In this document: piece after piece, positions 1 to 12,970 of the stretch
Layout: each line of letters starts with the position of its first letter
Numbering within the stretch: the first letter of the stretch is position 1
NCBI GenBank assembly: GCA_002269645.1
Contig: NIVC01003134.1
Span: forward strand, 53,950-117,949
DNA length: 64,000 nt
Reading direction: 5' to 3'
Source: Macrostomum lignano
Lineage: Eukaryota
Program-made: the position numbers and the translations under genes
Notes under the pieces: model-generated
Told to the model about the DNA's origin: nothing
Seen by the model: the letters and a program-made list of their open reading frames with translations, nothing else
The model's database searches: none

Positions 1-2
1 TC

Positions 3-983
3 ATGAAGCATTGGCTTCGGCGGTTTTTGAAGCTGAGTAAACTTCCAGAAAAGTTCTGGACAGATGAGCTGACCAACTTGGGCGATTTGACTGTTTGGCT
101 TTTGCCATACAATGGTGTAATGGGCAATCCAGCCAAGCGACTCTTTGTTGAGCTCTCTGCAGATGACTAACAAAAATCATTCAAGTCAATGAAGTGCTTT
201 TTCAAGGCTGGTACACAGAAGCTTCAGAAATACTTACTGTTTAACAGCACCTTTCTCTCAGCCTGCCAAATTCTTGATCTGGTTCTTGGCGCGTCGTCTT
301 CTGAGCATTTTCAAGGACACGGACATTGGTTCTCTTGAAGTAGAGGCTTGACTGCATCAAACCAAAATTGATTCTACAGCTAATGCGGATTTTGACATTG
401 TTACATTCTGGCAAAGACTTTTCAAGCCAGTGGGGGACAAGCGCCCTCTACTGATTTGACTTGTTTGCGCACTTCTAATCCTTCTTCATGGAAATGGGGA
501 AATTGAGCGCGTCTAGTACTTTGAGTGACACAGTAACAAAGAAATGCTGAGTTTTGAAACCAGAAACAGTTAGGGCATTGGTTGTGGCTTGTTCCTGCCT
601 TCAAGCTCAACAATGGACTGCAGCTACTCTGCCAGTGACTTCTAGTCTGATCAATATATGTAACAGTGCCTACGCCAACTACTGTCAAAGACTAAAGGAT
701 GATGCAGCTTTTGAGGAGGCACGCCATGCAAAGGAGCTCACAGAGTTGCTTACTATTGAAGTCCGAGCCGAGAAGCAGGCCAGTAAGGCCATTTTCAATC
801 TGCATGAGAATTTGGAGGATAAGGACAAAGAAATTGAGACTAAACTTAAGGAGAATGATGTCACCTACCAGCTGCTGCTGGATGCTCAAAAAGCTAAGGA
901 GAAATGAGAACAAGAAATTGAGATGCTGCGATAGGATCGCAACAGACTCCAGAGGCACAAAGAGAATGAGACAGAGCATGTGA
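3..983 (+). pseudogene. Decayed hAT-superfamily transposase, C-terminal (dimerization) region
   Basis: Hand translation across stops and frameshifts gives ...DIVTFWQRLFKPVGDKRPLLI*LVCALLILLHGNGEIERV* (HGN at 487-495), then LKPETVRALVVAC... and a coiled-coil tail (ORF 554..907). This matches the hAT C-terminal pattern FW...P.L..LV.ALL.LPH.NA..ER.FS...L...T..AL. Multiple in-frame stops; the element continues off the left edge. Confidence 0.7.
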
Positions 984-1816
984 CTGACAGTGTGCTAAAG
1001 CAAAAGGCATGCAAGCTGGCAATGGCCAGTTTGGAGGCTTCTGCATCAGTGAAATTGCTTCCCAAAACCTCGAAGTGTCTATGATTTTCCTTATCTTTAG
1101 CTGACTTGACTGACTGCATGCTTTTATTTTACTAATATTCACTTTTTATATTAGGGTACATTCACTTACTTCTAGTTAGCACTAAGCCAGCAACATAGCA
1201 ATGAGGGGTTTTCCCTTGGATACATATCTTTTTGTAAGTGTGCCAGTTGGCGCTATGTGTGCCACATAGACAAACGTTTGTGCCAACTTTTGATGCTGCT
1301 TTCATACCTTGAAGTTTAAGTAAGATCCCACAATGATGAAAAGAAAAATGTTTTTTTTGTAATTTTTAAACTTCTACTTTTAGCGCCCAGAAAGGTTTAT
1401 CAATGCCACTTTTTGCCAGAAGGTTGCTATGGTGCTGGCTTGGTGCTAACTGGAAATAAATTATCACTATTGAATACTTGTTCTCTGTTATTGCTGCATT
1501 CAATCTTATTAAAACTTACTCCTTCATTTTAACTATATTGTAACATTGCACCATCTTTGATTTACCATCTTACTGCTAAAAACTAACGTATAACTAGAAT
1601 TTTATTTGTTTGAAATATTTGTTTAATATGTTTTACTGTTGTGAGTGCTTTAAACGCTGCCACCATACATCCTGATGTTGAGATGAAGAATACACATCTA
1701 TGAAAGTGCATTATCATACAAGCTAATAGCATTGGCATGTTCTGAAATTTTGAAGCTTTGCTCAGTGCAAATTCTGGCACAATTTTTTTTCATGGCCCAA
1801 AAAATCATAGGCATAA

Positions 1817-1851
1817 CTAGCAATCTAGTGCGGCCCCCCTTCGGGGCGCCC
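1817..1851 (-). mobile_element. Helitron-like 3' terminus (hairpin + CTAG|T)
   Basis: The minus strand reads GGGCGCCCC-GAA-GGGGGGCC (8-bp stem, 1 mismatch), an 11-nt spacer GCACTAGATTG, then CTAG followed by T. This is the canonical Helitron 3'-end geometry. The 5' end was not located. Confidence 0.5.
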
Positions 1852-2084
1852 AATAAGAAAGGAGCAAAAATAGTTCATGGAAAACAATAAAAAAACACAT
1901 TTTCTTAAACACTAATTCCTTCTTCACATTTTAAAAATCACCTTATTCGTGTAAAATTGTCACGGACTAAGATGTTTGCAAAATTAAAAAATCACTTTTT
2001 CTCTAAAATTAACAAACAGTCAACAAAATATCGTTTCACTAAATAGAAAATATTCCCAAGACAGCAAGCAACCCCCTCCAAAAG

Positions 2085-2510
2085 TGAACAATCGCAGATA
2101 GCAAGCATCCTCTAATGCTCATAGCAAGAATCACCACAGATAGCAAGCATCTGCAGATTAGCAAGCACCCCCCAGATATTATAGAAGCATCCACCCAGAT
2201 AGCAAGCATCCACTCAGATAGCAAGCATTCTGCAGATATCAAGCACCCCCAGATATTATAGAAGCATCCTGCAGATAGCAAGCACCCCCCAGATATTATA
2301 GAAGCATTCACCCAGATAGCAAGCATCCTGCAGATAGCAAGCATCCTGCAGATAGCAAGAATCCCTAAATAGCAAGCATCCTGCAGATAGCAAGAATCCC
2401 TGAATAGCAAGCATCCCTGGATAGAAAGAATCCCATGCATGTAGCCAGTACCCCCTCTCCCAAATAGCAAGTATCCCCCCTCGAGAGCAAGCATCCACGA
2501 GACAGCAAGT
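2085..2510. repeat. Degenerate ~18-bp tandem array (CTGCAGATAGCAAGCATC)
   Basis: Recurrent AGATAGCAAGCATC core with variable linkers. Confidence 0.85.
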
Positions 2511-2629
2511 AGCTAGTGCAAATGTTACTTCCGCTAATGCAATAATCGCTTTCTCAGGTTGTGCAACAATCCACGTCTCAGCGAGCGCAATAATCTCTTT
2601 TTTAGACAGCGCAGTAATCAGCTTCTCAG

Positions 2630-5445
2630 CTAGTGCAATAATCCTTGGTTTATTAATAGCAATAATCCTTGATTAATCAAGTGCAATAATCCTTGGTTTA
2701 TCAAGTGCAATAATCCTTGGTTTATCAAGTGCAGTAATCTTTGGCTTATCAAGTGCAATAATCCTTGGTTTATCAAGTGCAATAATCCTTTGTTTATCAA
2801 GTGCAATAATCCTTGGTTTATCAAGTGCAATAATCCTTGGTTTATTAAGTGCAATAATCCTTGGTTTATCAAGTGCAATAATCCTTGGTTTATCTAGCGC
2901 AGTAATCCTTGGCTTATCAGGTGCAATAATCCTTGGTTTATCAAGTGCAATATTTGTTTATCAAGTGCAATAATCCTTGGTTTATCAAGTGAAATAATCC
3001 TTGGTTTATCAACTGCAATAATCCTTGGCTTATCAACTGCAATAATCCTTGGTTTATCAAGCGCAGTAATCTTTGGCCTATCAAGTGCAATAATCCTTGG
3101 TTTATCAAGTGCAGTAATCCTTGGCCTATCAAGTGCAATAATCCTTGGTTTATCAAGTGCAATAATCCTTGGTTTATCAAGTGCAATAATCCTTGGTTTA
3201 TCAAGTGCAATAATCCTTGGCTTATCAACTGCAATAATCCTTGGTTTATCAAGTGCAATAGTCCTTGGTTTATCAAGCGCAGTAATCCTTGGCCTATCAA
3301 GTGCAATAATCCTTGGCTTATCAAGTGCAATAATCCTTGGTTTATCAAGTGCAACAATCCTTGGTTTATCAAGTGCAGTAATCCTTGGCCTATCAAGTGC
3401 AATAATCCTTGGTTTGCCAAGAGCAATAATCCTTAGTTTATCGAGTGCAGTAATCCTTAGTTTTCCAAGTGCAGTAATCCTTGGTTTATTAAGAGCAATA
3501 ATCCTTGGCTTATCGAGTGCAGTAATCCTTGGTTTGCCAAGAGCAATAATCCTTGGTTTATCAGATGCAATAATCCTTGGCTTATCAACTGCAATAATCC
3601 TTGGTTTATCAGATGCAATAATCCTTGGCTTATCAACTGCAATAATCCTTGGTTTATCAAGTGCAATAATCCTTGGTTTATCAAGCGCAGTAATCTTTGG
3701 CCTATCAAGTGCAATAATCCTTGGTTTATCAAGTGCAATAATCCTTGGTTTATCAAGTGCAATAATCTTTGGTTTATCAAGCGCAGTAATCTTTGGCCTA
3801 TCAAGTGCAATAATCCTTGGTTTATCAAGTGCAATAATCCTTGGCTTATCAAGTGCAATAATCCTTGGTTTATCAAGCGCAGTAATCTTTGGCCTATCAA
3901 GTGCAATAATCCTTGGTTTATCAAGTGCAGTAATCCTTGGCCTATCAAGTGCAATAATCCTTGGTTTATCAAGTGCAATAGTCTTTGGTTTATCGAGTGC
4001 AGTAATCCTTAGTTTTCCAAGTGCAGTAATCCTTGGTTTATTAAGAGCAATAATCCTTGGTTTATCGAGTGCAGTAGTCCTTGGTTTATTAATATCAATA
4101 ATCCTTGAATAATCCAGTGCATTAATCCTTGGCTTATCAAGTGCAACATTCTTTACTATCAAGTGCAATAATCCATGGCTTATCAAGTGCGATAATCCTT
4201 GGCTTATCAAGTGCAATAATCCTTGGTTTATCAAGTGCAATAATCCTTTGTTTATCAAGTGCAATAATCCATGGCTTATCAAGTGCAATAATCCTTGGCT
4301 TATCAAGTGCAATAATCCTTGGTTTATCAAGTGCAATAATCCTTGGCTTATCAAGTGCAATAATCCTTGGTTTATCAAGCGCAGTAATCTTTGGCCTATC
4401 AAGTGCAATAATCCTTGGTTTATCAAGTGCAGTAATCCTTGGCCTATCAAGTGCAATAATCCTTGGTTTATCAAGTGCAATAGTCTTTGGTTTATCGAGT
4501 GCAGTAATCCTTAGTTTTCCAAGTGCAGTAATCCTTGGTTTATTAAGAGCAATAATCCTTGGTTTATCGAGTGCAGTAGTCCTTGGTTTATTAATATCAA
4601 TAATCCTTGAATAATCCAGTGCATTAATCCTTGGCTTATCAAGTGCAACATTCTTTACTATCAAGTGCAATAATCCATGGCTTATCAAGTGCAATAATCC
4701 TTGGCTTATCAAGTGCAATAATCCTTGGTTTATCAAGTGCAATAATCATTTGTTTATCAAGTGCAATAATCCTTTGCTTATCAAGTGCAATAATCCTTTG
4801 TTTATCAAGTGCAATAATCCTTGGTTTATCAAGCGCAGTAATCCTTGGCTTATCAAGTGCAATAATCCTTGGTTTATCAAGTGCAATAATCCTTGGTTTA
4901 TCAAGCGCAGTAATCTTTGGCCTATCAAGTGCAATAGTCCTTGGTTTATCAAGTGCAGTAATCCTTGGTTTTCCAAGTGCAATAATCCTTGGCTTCTTGA
5001 GTGCAGTAATCCTTGGTTTGCCAAGAGCAATAGTCCTTGGTTTATCGAGTGCAGTAATCCTTGGTTTTCCAAGTGCAGTAATCCTTGGTTTATTAATAGC
5101 AATAATCCTTGGCTTCTTGAGTGCAGTAATCCTTGGTTTGCCAAGAGCAATAGTCCTTGGTTTATCGAGTGCATTAATCCTTGGTTTTCCAAGTGCAATA
5201 ATTCTTGGCTTCTTGAGTGCAGTAATCCTTGGTTTGCCAAGAGCAATAGTCCTTGGTTTATCGAGTGCAGTAATCCTTGGTTTTCCAAGTGCCGTAATCC
5301 TTGGTTTATTAATAGCAATAATCCTTGATTAATCAAGTGCAGTAATCTTTGGTTTGCCAAGAGCAATAGTCCTTGGTTTATCGAGTGCAGTAGTCCTTGG
5401 TTTATTAATAGCAATAATCCTTGGCTTATCGAGTGCAGTAATCTA
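2630..5445. repeat. 24-bp minisatellite (TCAAGTGCAATAATCCTTGGTTTA)n, ~2.8 kb, with higher-order blocks
   Basis: Directly visible; the 8-aa periodicity of all overlapping ORFs (LSSAIILG / MHLINQGL) confirms the 24-bp unit. Confidence 0.95.
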
Positions 5446-5515
5446 AGTGTTTTTATTTAGTCCTTTAATAAAACCTTTTATTAAAAAATTTTACACTACT
5501 ACTTTTAAACTACTT

Positions 5516-5572
5516 AGATTCGAACCTAGGTCGCTGCATTAGCAGTCTGGTCTGTTCAGCTCTAGGCTAGCT
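5516..5572 (-). mobile_element. Degenerate tRNA-derived (SINE head-like) fragment
   Basis: The minus strand reads GCTAGCCTAGAGCTG...GACTGC...GACCTAGGTTCGAATCT, with a B-box-like GGTTCGAATC and a weak A-box. No complete cloverleaf. Confidence 0.35.
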
Positions 5573-5904
5573 CTCATCGAAGTTATCAGTGATGTTGTAC
5601 CACTTATATAATTCAACACTCACACCAAGTCAGGTAGAGTAAAAAGTCTCACGAAGCAGTTATGACATAATCAATTTCTTAGGCAAGTCAGTACCAGTGT
5701 CTATGAAAGTTTACAATATGGTTACGTAATATAAATTCAGTACTGCGCTATGCTTTCACACTCAAAGCTGTGACGCAATTCAATTGAGTGTCAAATTCAG
5801 CCAGTACACAGACGATAAATAAAGTGTATTGTGATGCAATCTATTTCAGAATCAGAATTTAACCAGTCAGTTTTTCTGCTAGCATTCTTACGATGCATTT
5901 CAAG

Positions 5905-6123
5905 TCGAAAGAGCTGCTTGACCTTTGCAAAAAAGCATGTTTTTCGAATATTTAATCCCTTTAGCATCAAGCAATTTCTTAGCCACGATGCATGTACTGT
6001 CACGGGAAAATTTCTGATCGAACAGTGCAAGTTCGAAGAAAATCGGTTGAGCCGTTTTTGCTAAAATCGATCACACACACACACATACACACACACACAT
6101 ACCGACAGACCATTTTTAGTATA
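5905..6123 (+). mobile_element. Non-autonomous DINE-1/Helentron-like (or MITE) element, copy 1, 5'-incomplete
   Basis: High identity to 57630-57824. Contains the stem-loop AAAATCGG-TTGAG-CCGTTTT, a (CA)n microsatellite and terminal ACCATTTTTAGTATA. Confidence 0.6.
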
Positions 6124-6463
6124 TTGGATTACTGGGACCACTGGGCAAAAGGTCATCTAGCCATTTTGAAGTGAAGAGCACTTGATCCCAGCATGTTTAG
6201 CTTAACAACTAACATTTCTAGCCCCAAGCCTATCTCTCTTAAAATGCAGAGTCAATGCAGTAATTTTGGCATTCTTTCATTTTATGATCCCCATTCCTAG
6301 GCACTTTCATTATATGATCCATATGTAAAAGATACAGTCAAAGAATAGAAAACAGACAAAACATTATCCATGAGTCAAAGGCACTGTATTAAGGCAGTTT
6401 CAATTGATGTCTATCTGAAGTGGAGTTCAACCAAAAAGAGACAATCAAACAAAGCCTTGACAA

Positions 6464-7044
6464 GATTCTTGGTAAGAGTAGGGATGTCTTTATATTCACT
6501 TTCATTATATGATTATTTAAATGGAGAAAATGTATACAAAGGGATTGGATAACAAAACTTGGGCTTTTCATCAATTTTGTAATACAATCCCCCAAGTCGA
6601 AAATTTGTTTGCAGGGGATTATATATCAAAAATGAAATCAAGGTATTGCACTTGTAGATGAAGTAAAGATAGTTCATACTATCTAATAATTCCATGCCTG
6701 ACCCCCCTCACTTTTGTTTTACAATCCCCTTATAGTACGGACAACATTGTTTCATGCTGTCAGGGATTGTATAACGAAAGTGAAAGGGAGTTTTAAAAAA
6801 AGAGAAAGGAGGGATTCCAAAAAAATTACAACTTACTTTTGTGGAATCTCCATCATGTAGCCTAGACAAGGGGTTAGACAAGGTACACGATCCCCTGCAA
6901 ACAAATTTTCAACTTGGGGATCGTATCACAAAATTAATGAAAAGCCCAAGTTTTGCTATCCGATCCATTTCCATACATTTCCTTCATTTGAATGATGATA
7001 TAACAAAAGTGAATATAGATATGTCCCTATTCTTGCTAAGAATC
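6464..7044. mobile_element. Foldback/MITE-like element with ~160-bp imperfect inverted arms plus an inner inverted repeat
   Basis: 6464-6622 is the reverse complement of ~6888-7044 (e.g. AAACTTGGGCTTTTCAT / ATGAAAAGCCCAAGTTT; AAAATTTGTTTGCAGGGGAT / ATCCCCTGCAAACAAATTTT). Inner pair CACTTTTGTTTTACAATCCC / GGGATTGTATAACGAAAGTG. Confidence 0.7.
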
Positions 7045-7873
7045 GTAGCTTAGGATTAGTTAGGGTAATTGCATTTTAAACATACTCTAGTGATATGCAA
7101 ACAAGACTCCTATCTTTTATATAAAGGAATTGTATAACCTATATTGTGGAAGGTGTAGTATATGCTAGAAAATTCTGGCATACAGATGCTTTAGCTGGCA
7201 TATATCTGGCGTACAAATACTTTAGCTAATATACATATTGGCATACAAGGAGGAAAAACAACGTTCTGGCACAATCATTGGCTTACAGTTTTAAAAAATA
7301 TATGTTCAAGCTTGTGGTGCGTTGTACAAAAGCATTGAAGTATGTGTCATAATTGTGTAAATTATACTAAGCAATCCTTGGTTGTAGTAAAAGTTAATTT
7401 CAGTTTTAATTTTAAGACAATGAATTAATTTTTTAAAATAATAAATCTAGTTTTTCTACAATAACTAGTGAAAAACAATATCTAAAACAATAGTATATAT
7501 AACTATTTTGTTTTAATTATTATTTCCATTTTTAAATTAATATATGCTTCATTTTTTGCAGCCATTAATTGCTACGTGTATGCATACTACTGCTTGTGGT
7601 ATTAGTTATGAGCTTTTTCATCACGCAATTTTTAGTGGTGTACAATTTACTAGACCACTTAATTGATGTATTTTACTAGCGTACACTTTATTAGATAGCC
7701 AAATACTTTCCGGTATACATATAACATGATCTGCAATATGGCATATAACGAAAGTACTATGTTCTATAGAACAAATGTAAAGAGATTGTAAAAGGAAAGA
7801 ATACCATAATTTTGGCCATAGATATATTTTCTCAAAATGCAGTTCATGCCATGCCATGTGGCATAGAATTGGT

Positions 7874-8165
7874 AATGGCTAGAGTTCCGGCACCGGAACC
7901 CGTTTTCTAACAGCTAAGGATCCGGCAGTATCATATAGAAGCATATAAAGACTGCTAAGAACATATCTAAAGAAGTATGAATATTAGAAGCATCTTGTCC
8001 CAAATCTTATTATATTGTCTTTAAATTTTAATCTATTCGATAGAACAAAATCTCAATATCAACCACCTATAGAAAGGAAAATATAATGTTCCATCTATAT
8101 TATAATGGCACTGCCGGATCCGTAGCCAATAGAAAATGGGTTCCGATGCTGGAACTCTAGCCATT
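7874..8165. mobile_element. MITE-like element, ~290 bp, ~60-bp terminal inverted repeats
   Basis: AATGGCTAGAGTTCCGGCACCGGAACCCGTTTTCTA...GGATCCGGCAGT versus ACTGCCGGATCC...TAGAAAATGGGTTCCGATGCTGGAACTCTAGCCATT. Confidence 0.7.
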
Positions 8166-9569
8166 GCCCATAGAATTATTAATGGCATGCCAATAAACAT
8201 CATTTTTGGAATTTTAGACATGTTATTATGGGAATTCAAATGCATGTTCATATTAATTTTGTCCAGTATTTGCCCAGTACTTTTTGTACTGGGTTGTCCA
8301 CTATTACCTATTCTAAATGCATAAAGTACATGAAGACATGACTATAACAAACTAACTTAGCATCTATTTTTCATTTTGTCATTTCAATGTTACTTTCTTA
8401 CATTAGGCCCTATTCTAAACTCAAGAGTTAAGATGCAAGTTATTCCTGTTGAGAAAATAATTTAACAAACGATTCTGCAGTATAGCCCAAGTCATTTTAG
8501 GCCTAATGACAAAAAGGACCCTTAATTTGATAACAGCTGTTGTGGTTGCAAGTAGAAATCTATCTTGCCAATCTTAACTTCTTAACTTGAGTGATATTAG
8601 TTACAGTGACATTTTATCAGTGAGGGTTTTGATTAAAAAGGGCAACAATCTAGAACTGAGTAAGTTAAGATCGGACAAAATAATAAAATATATTAGGATA
8701 TATAATGGAAAAATGTAGAGGTGCAGGCCTCTATATTTTGAAGTTAGGCCTATCTGTTAGGCCCTAACAATTATGTTTGATGATCTAGCACATAAAAACA
8801 TACCAAAAGACGTCAATTAATAGGTTTATGCTTATAAGAACATCACAAATTTACAAGGAAAACTATATATATAGTAAATGTTAATTTAGTCGGCCTAAAT
8901 ACTACCTCTAGTCTAAGTCTAACTTATAAAATATGTACTTTGATGGATAAGTCTTGCCCTTGAATAGTCATAACCCCAGCTTACATTGTAATTGATCAAA
9001 ATAAATACGATTCATACACTGACAGCCGACACTATATTATATAATAACATTAGTAAGGTCGATTCGATCGTGGATTAGGTGAGATCGAAGAGTCAGAAGA
9101 GTAAATATTGTTTCTTTGAGTATTCGAATTTAAAAATGTAAGATACCTGTTGATTTAAACAAAATATCAAGTACATTAATTTATTGAAATTTCTGTCACT
9201 AGATTAGCCAGATTAAAAGATGTCTAAAATATATTAGAATATATTATAAATATATAAAATACATTACAGTAACACACAGTGCATGCTAAATTTAAAAAAT
9301 TATAATTCTTTAAACGCATGTGACGAATTAAGTAAATATAGCGCAGCGTATCATAGACTTTGGCACTCAAGAACGACTGAACAGAATTATGGTAGTAGTC
9401 CAAGAAAGCAATATTTTAGCTTGCTGAGTTAGCCCCGTTTCTTAGAGTAGCGACGAAGAAACAAGTTATTAATAATAGATCAAAGGATACATGGTAGCAG
9501 CAAATTATGATTGGTTAAAAGTTACATTGGGCGCTGGGCAAAATTATCAATTGGCTAGAAATTTATCAC

Positions 9570-9613
9570 CAAGGACGACTTAAGTAAGTACTTAAGTACT
9601 TAAGTCGTCCTTG
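9570..9613. repeat. 44-bp hairpin with perfect 17-bp arms
   Basis: CAAGGACGACTTAAGTA-agtacttaag-TACTTAAGTCGTCCTTG. Confidence 0.9.
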
Positions 9614-9980
9614 TTTATCACTTGCCGATATATAAACGCCGATGTTAGAATATACACAGAAGTTATACAAAATAGGATACATTTACATATTAGTCTACTG
9701 ACGGTAAAAACAATGGTAGATTGTATAGTATGCAACTGAGTTGAATAATGGCCAAAATACGAGTTGCATTGCGGGATTGCATTGATTGGATTAAGAATGA
9801 CCATGGAACTGAATAACTGCCGGACCTGCCGGAAGTGGATGGCTTCAATGAGCAGTTGGCCAGGGAACTCAGCGCTTTGAGAACTGCACCTTTAATTTCG
9901 GGGCTTTGCTCGCCTCGAGACCATCATTAAATGCAGCCTCGGACATTCTGACCATAGAATGCTTATTAAATGGCTATTAA

Positions 9981-10418
9981 AGTTCAGAAAATTTGCATTC
10001 AATTTAAGAATTTGAAGTGAGCATATATGGCCACATTGGCTGCAAAGTGCATGGCGGCTGGCAGATATACATGTATCATATGGTAAAAAATGGGGGTCTC
10101 GCTGTGGGGCCAAAACCGTTTTTGCGTTCAATTTAAGAAAAGTAGCGTTCATTTTGAGAACCATAGACTTTGCCTTTGTTTATGTTAGAGACGTTTCATC
10201 TTTGCTCGCTGTTCGATCCTTCCTGCGATCTATCTGTCAGTTAAATTGTTATTTCAACTCAGCGGGATCTTAAATTGAACGCAATTGTTTTCTGAAATTG
10301 AACGCAATTGTTTTCTGAAATTGAACGCAAAGTCCTTCAGAAAGGCCATAGACGATAAATCGAAGCCAGTGGAAATACTGTATATGGCTCTCTTAATTGA
10401 ATGCAACCTTTCTGAACT
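9981..10418. repeat. Nested inverted repeats built from TTGAACGCA/TGCGTTCAA motifs (possible decayed MITE)
   Basis: Outer pair AGTTCAGAAA..TTGCATTCAATTTAAGA / TCTTAATTGAATGCAA..TTTCTGAACT. Inner pair TTGCGTTCAATTTAAGA (10122) / TCTTAAATTGAACGCAA (10268). Confidence 0.55.
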
Positions 10419-11936
10419 TGAACGCAAATTAAAAAGCTATATTTATTTCAAGGAAGCCTCTACTGTCAAATGGTTCACGGGTTTATCTGTTAAAATACAC
10501 TTAATAACAGCTTAAATAAGGATTTCAAATCCTTATGGCCTAGAACCTGAAAAGTGTGGAATAATGGCCAAAATATTTTGTTATTGCGTCTGGGTATAAT
10601 TGTATAGTTACAATGACATTTCACAACTAAGTCAACCTGCAGTCACATACAGATCAGATACAATCACTGGCTAATTGGTTAAAAAAAGGTTTTTCCTATC
10701 TCCGTAGTGTAATTTTTATAATATTTTTTCCCTCTAAAATTATACTATTTTTTATTGTACTGTAATCTTTTGGAGGGAAATTGGAGGGGAATTTGCTGGC
10801 AGCCCCAAAAGAAAAAAATGACAAGATCATTGACTTCTACAACCTACACTCAGCAACATTGAAAAGTTTCACCCTAGCGCGCAAAGGGTCAACGTAGACT
10901 TTAGACTCCTGTAAGCTGCTGCTGTCTGCTCCATGTGACTGTTTCATTCGACCTGTCTGGCGTCTATGACTCTGCAAGTTTTTGTCTATGGCCCATGTGC
11001 GTGTTGACGAAATCATCAATCGTCTATGGCACAAGTCTGGCGACAAAAACAAGTTTTGAAACTCTAAATATACACGGCTGGCGCGAGGGTGGAAACTTTT
11101 CAATGTTGCTGAGTGTAATTATAATTCAATACTACAGTGGTTTGGATTTAAAGTGCTATATATAGTGCCTATAGTGGTACATGTAAACTTCGACAGGAAA
11201 CCAGCCTACGGAAAAATCTCCTAGACCCAGTATTATATCCTTTTTAAGTCACTCGCAAAGTTATGTAAGCGTCGAAAACATGCCGAATGTTTGGCTTTGA
11301 ATCGACATCCATTAGCCCGAGGGAAAAGGCTCGACATCGAATCGAGAAGGCAAGCACGTCACGCCTCCTCAAGTCGACAGCTATAAAATATTATTTTGTC
11401 GTTTTTCAAGCAAAAGCGAAACTGCATGCTTAAAATACATGTAAACACGTTTGGGATTGTTGCAGTGTAGGAATTCTGATTGCCCTTTCTTATAATTACC
11501 CCACTACTGTCACCAAGTTGTTGTAGGGGTTCACTTCTATCCCAGCGGTGACACCATGAGGTTAAGTGGTTGTAGGGATTTAAAAAGTTCCTTCTTTTAG
11601 AAATTCCACACAATAACCACAAGTTGTTGTAGGCCTCTGCTCTGTCCTATAAAATCCTACCGTTAACGCCAAGCTGAGCTAATTTCAAATCTACTGTACT
11701 GTGTATTTCTAATCGATTCCGATAATTTTGGCGTTTCCGAGGATAAAGGATTTCCATGCAGCGACGTAGGCTCTATTCTATACTGACGTGCCTTCACGGT
11801 TTACCTACTTTAATTCCAAAGCATTCCCCTAACGCCTACAGTGATGCCTAATTGCCTCTCCTAACCTTAATTTTAGCCTTCACGCTTAGGTCTTGAGTCT
11901 TCACGACTTCTGTTTCTTTCCTACTATACCTGAATC

Positions 11937-12970
<1,034 letters not shown>

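Noticed and set aside
2894-5414. Long ORFs (up to 528 aa) over the 24-bp array
   Set aside because: Pure repeat translations, open in several frames on both strands because the unit lacks stops; no unique domain.
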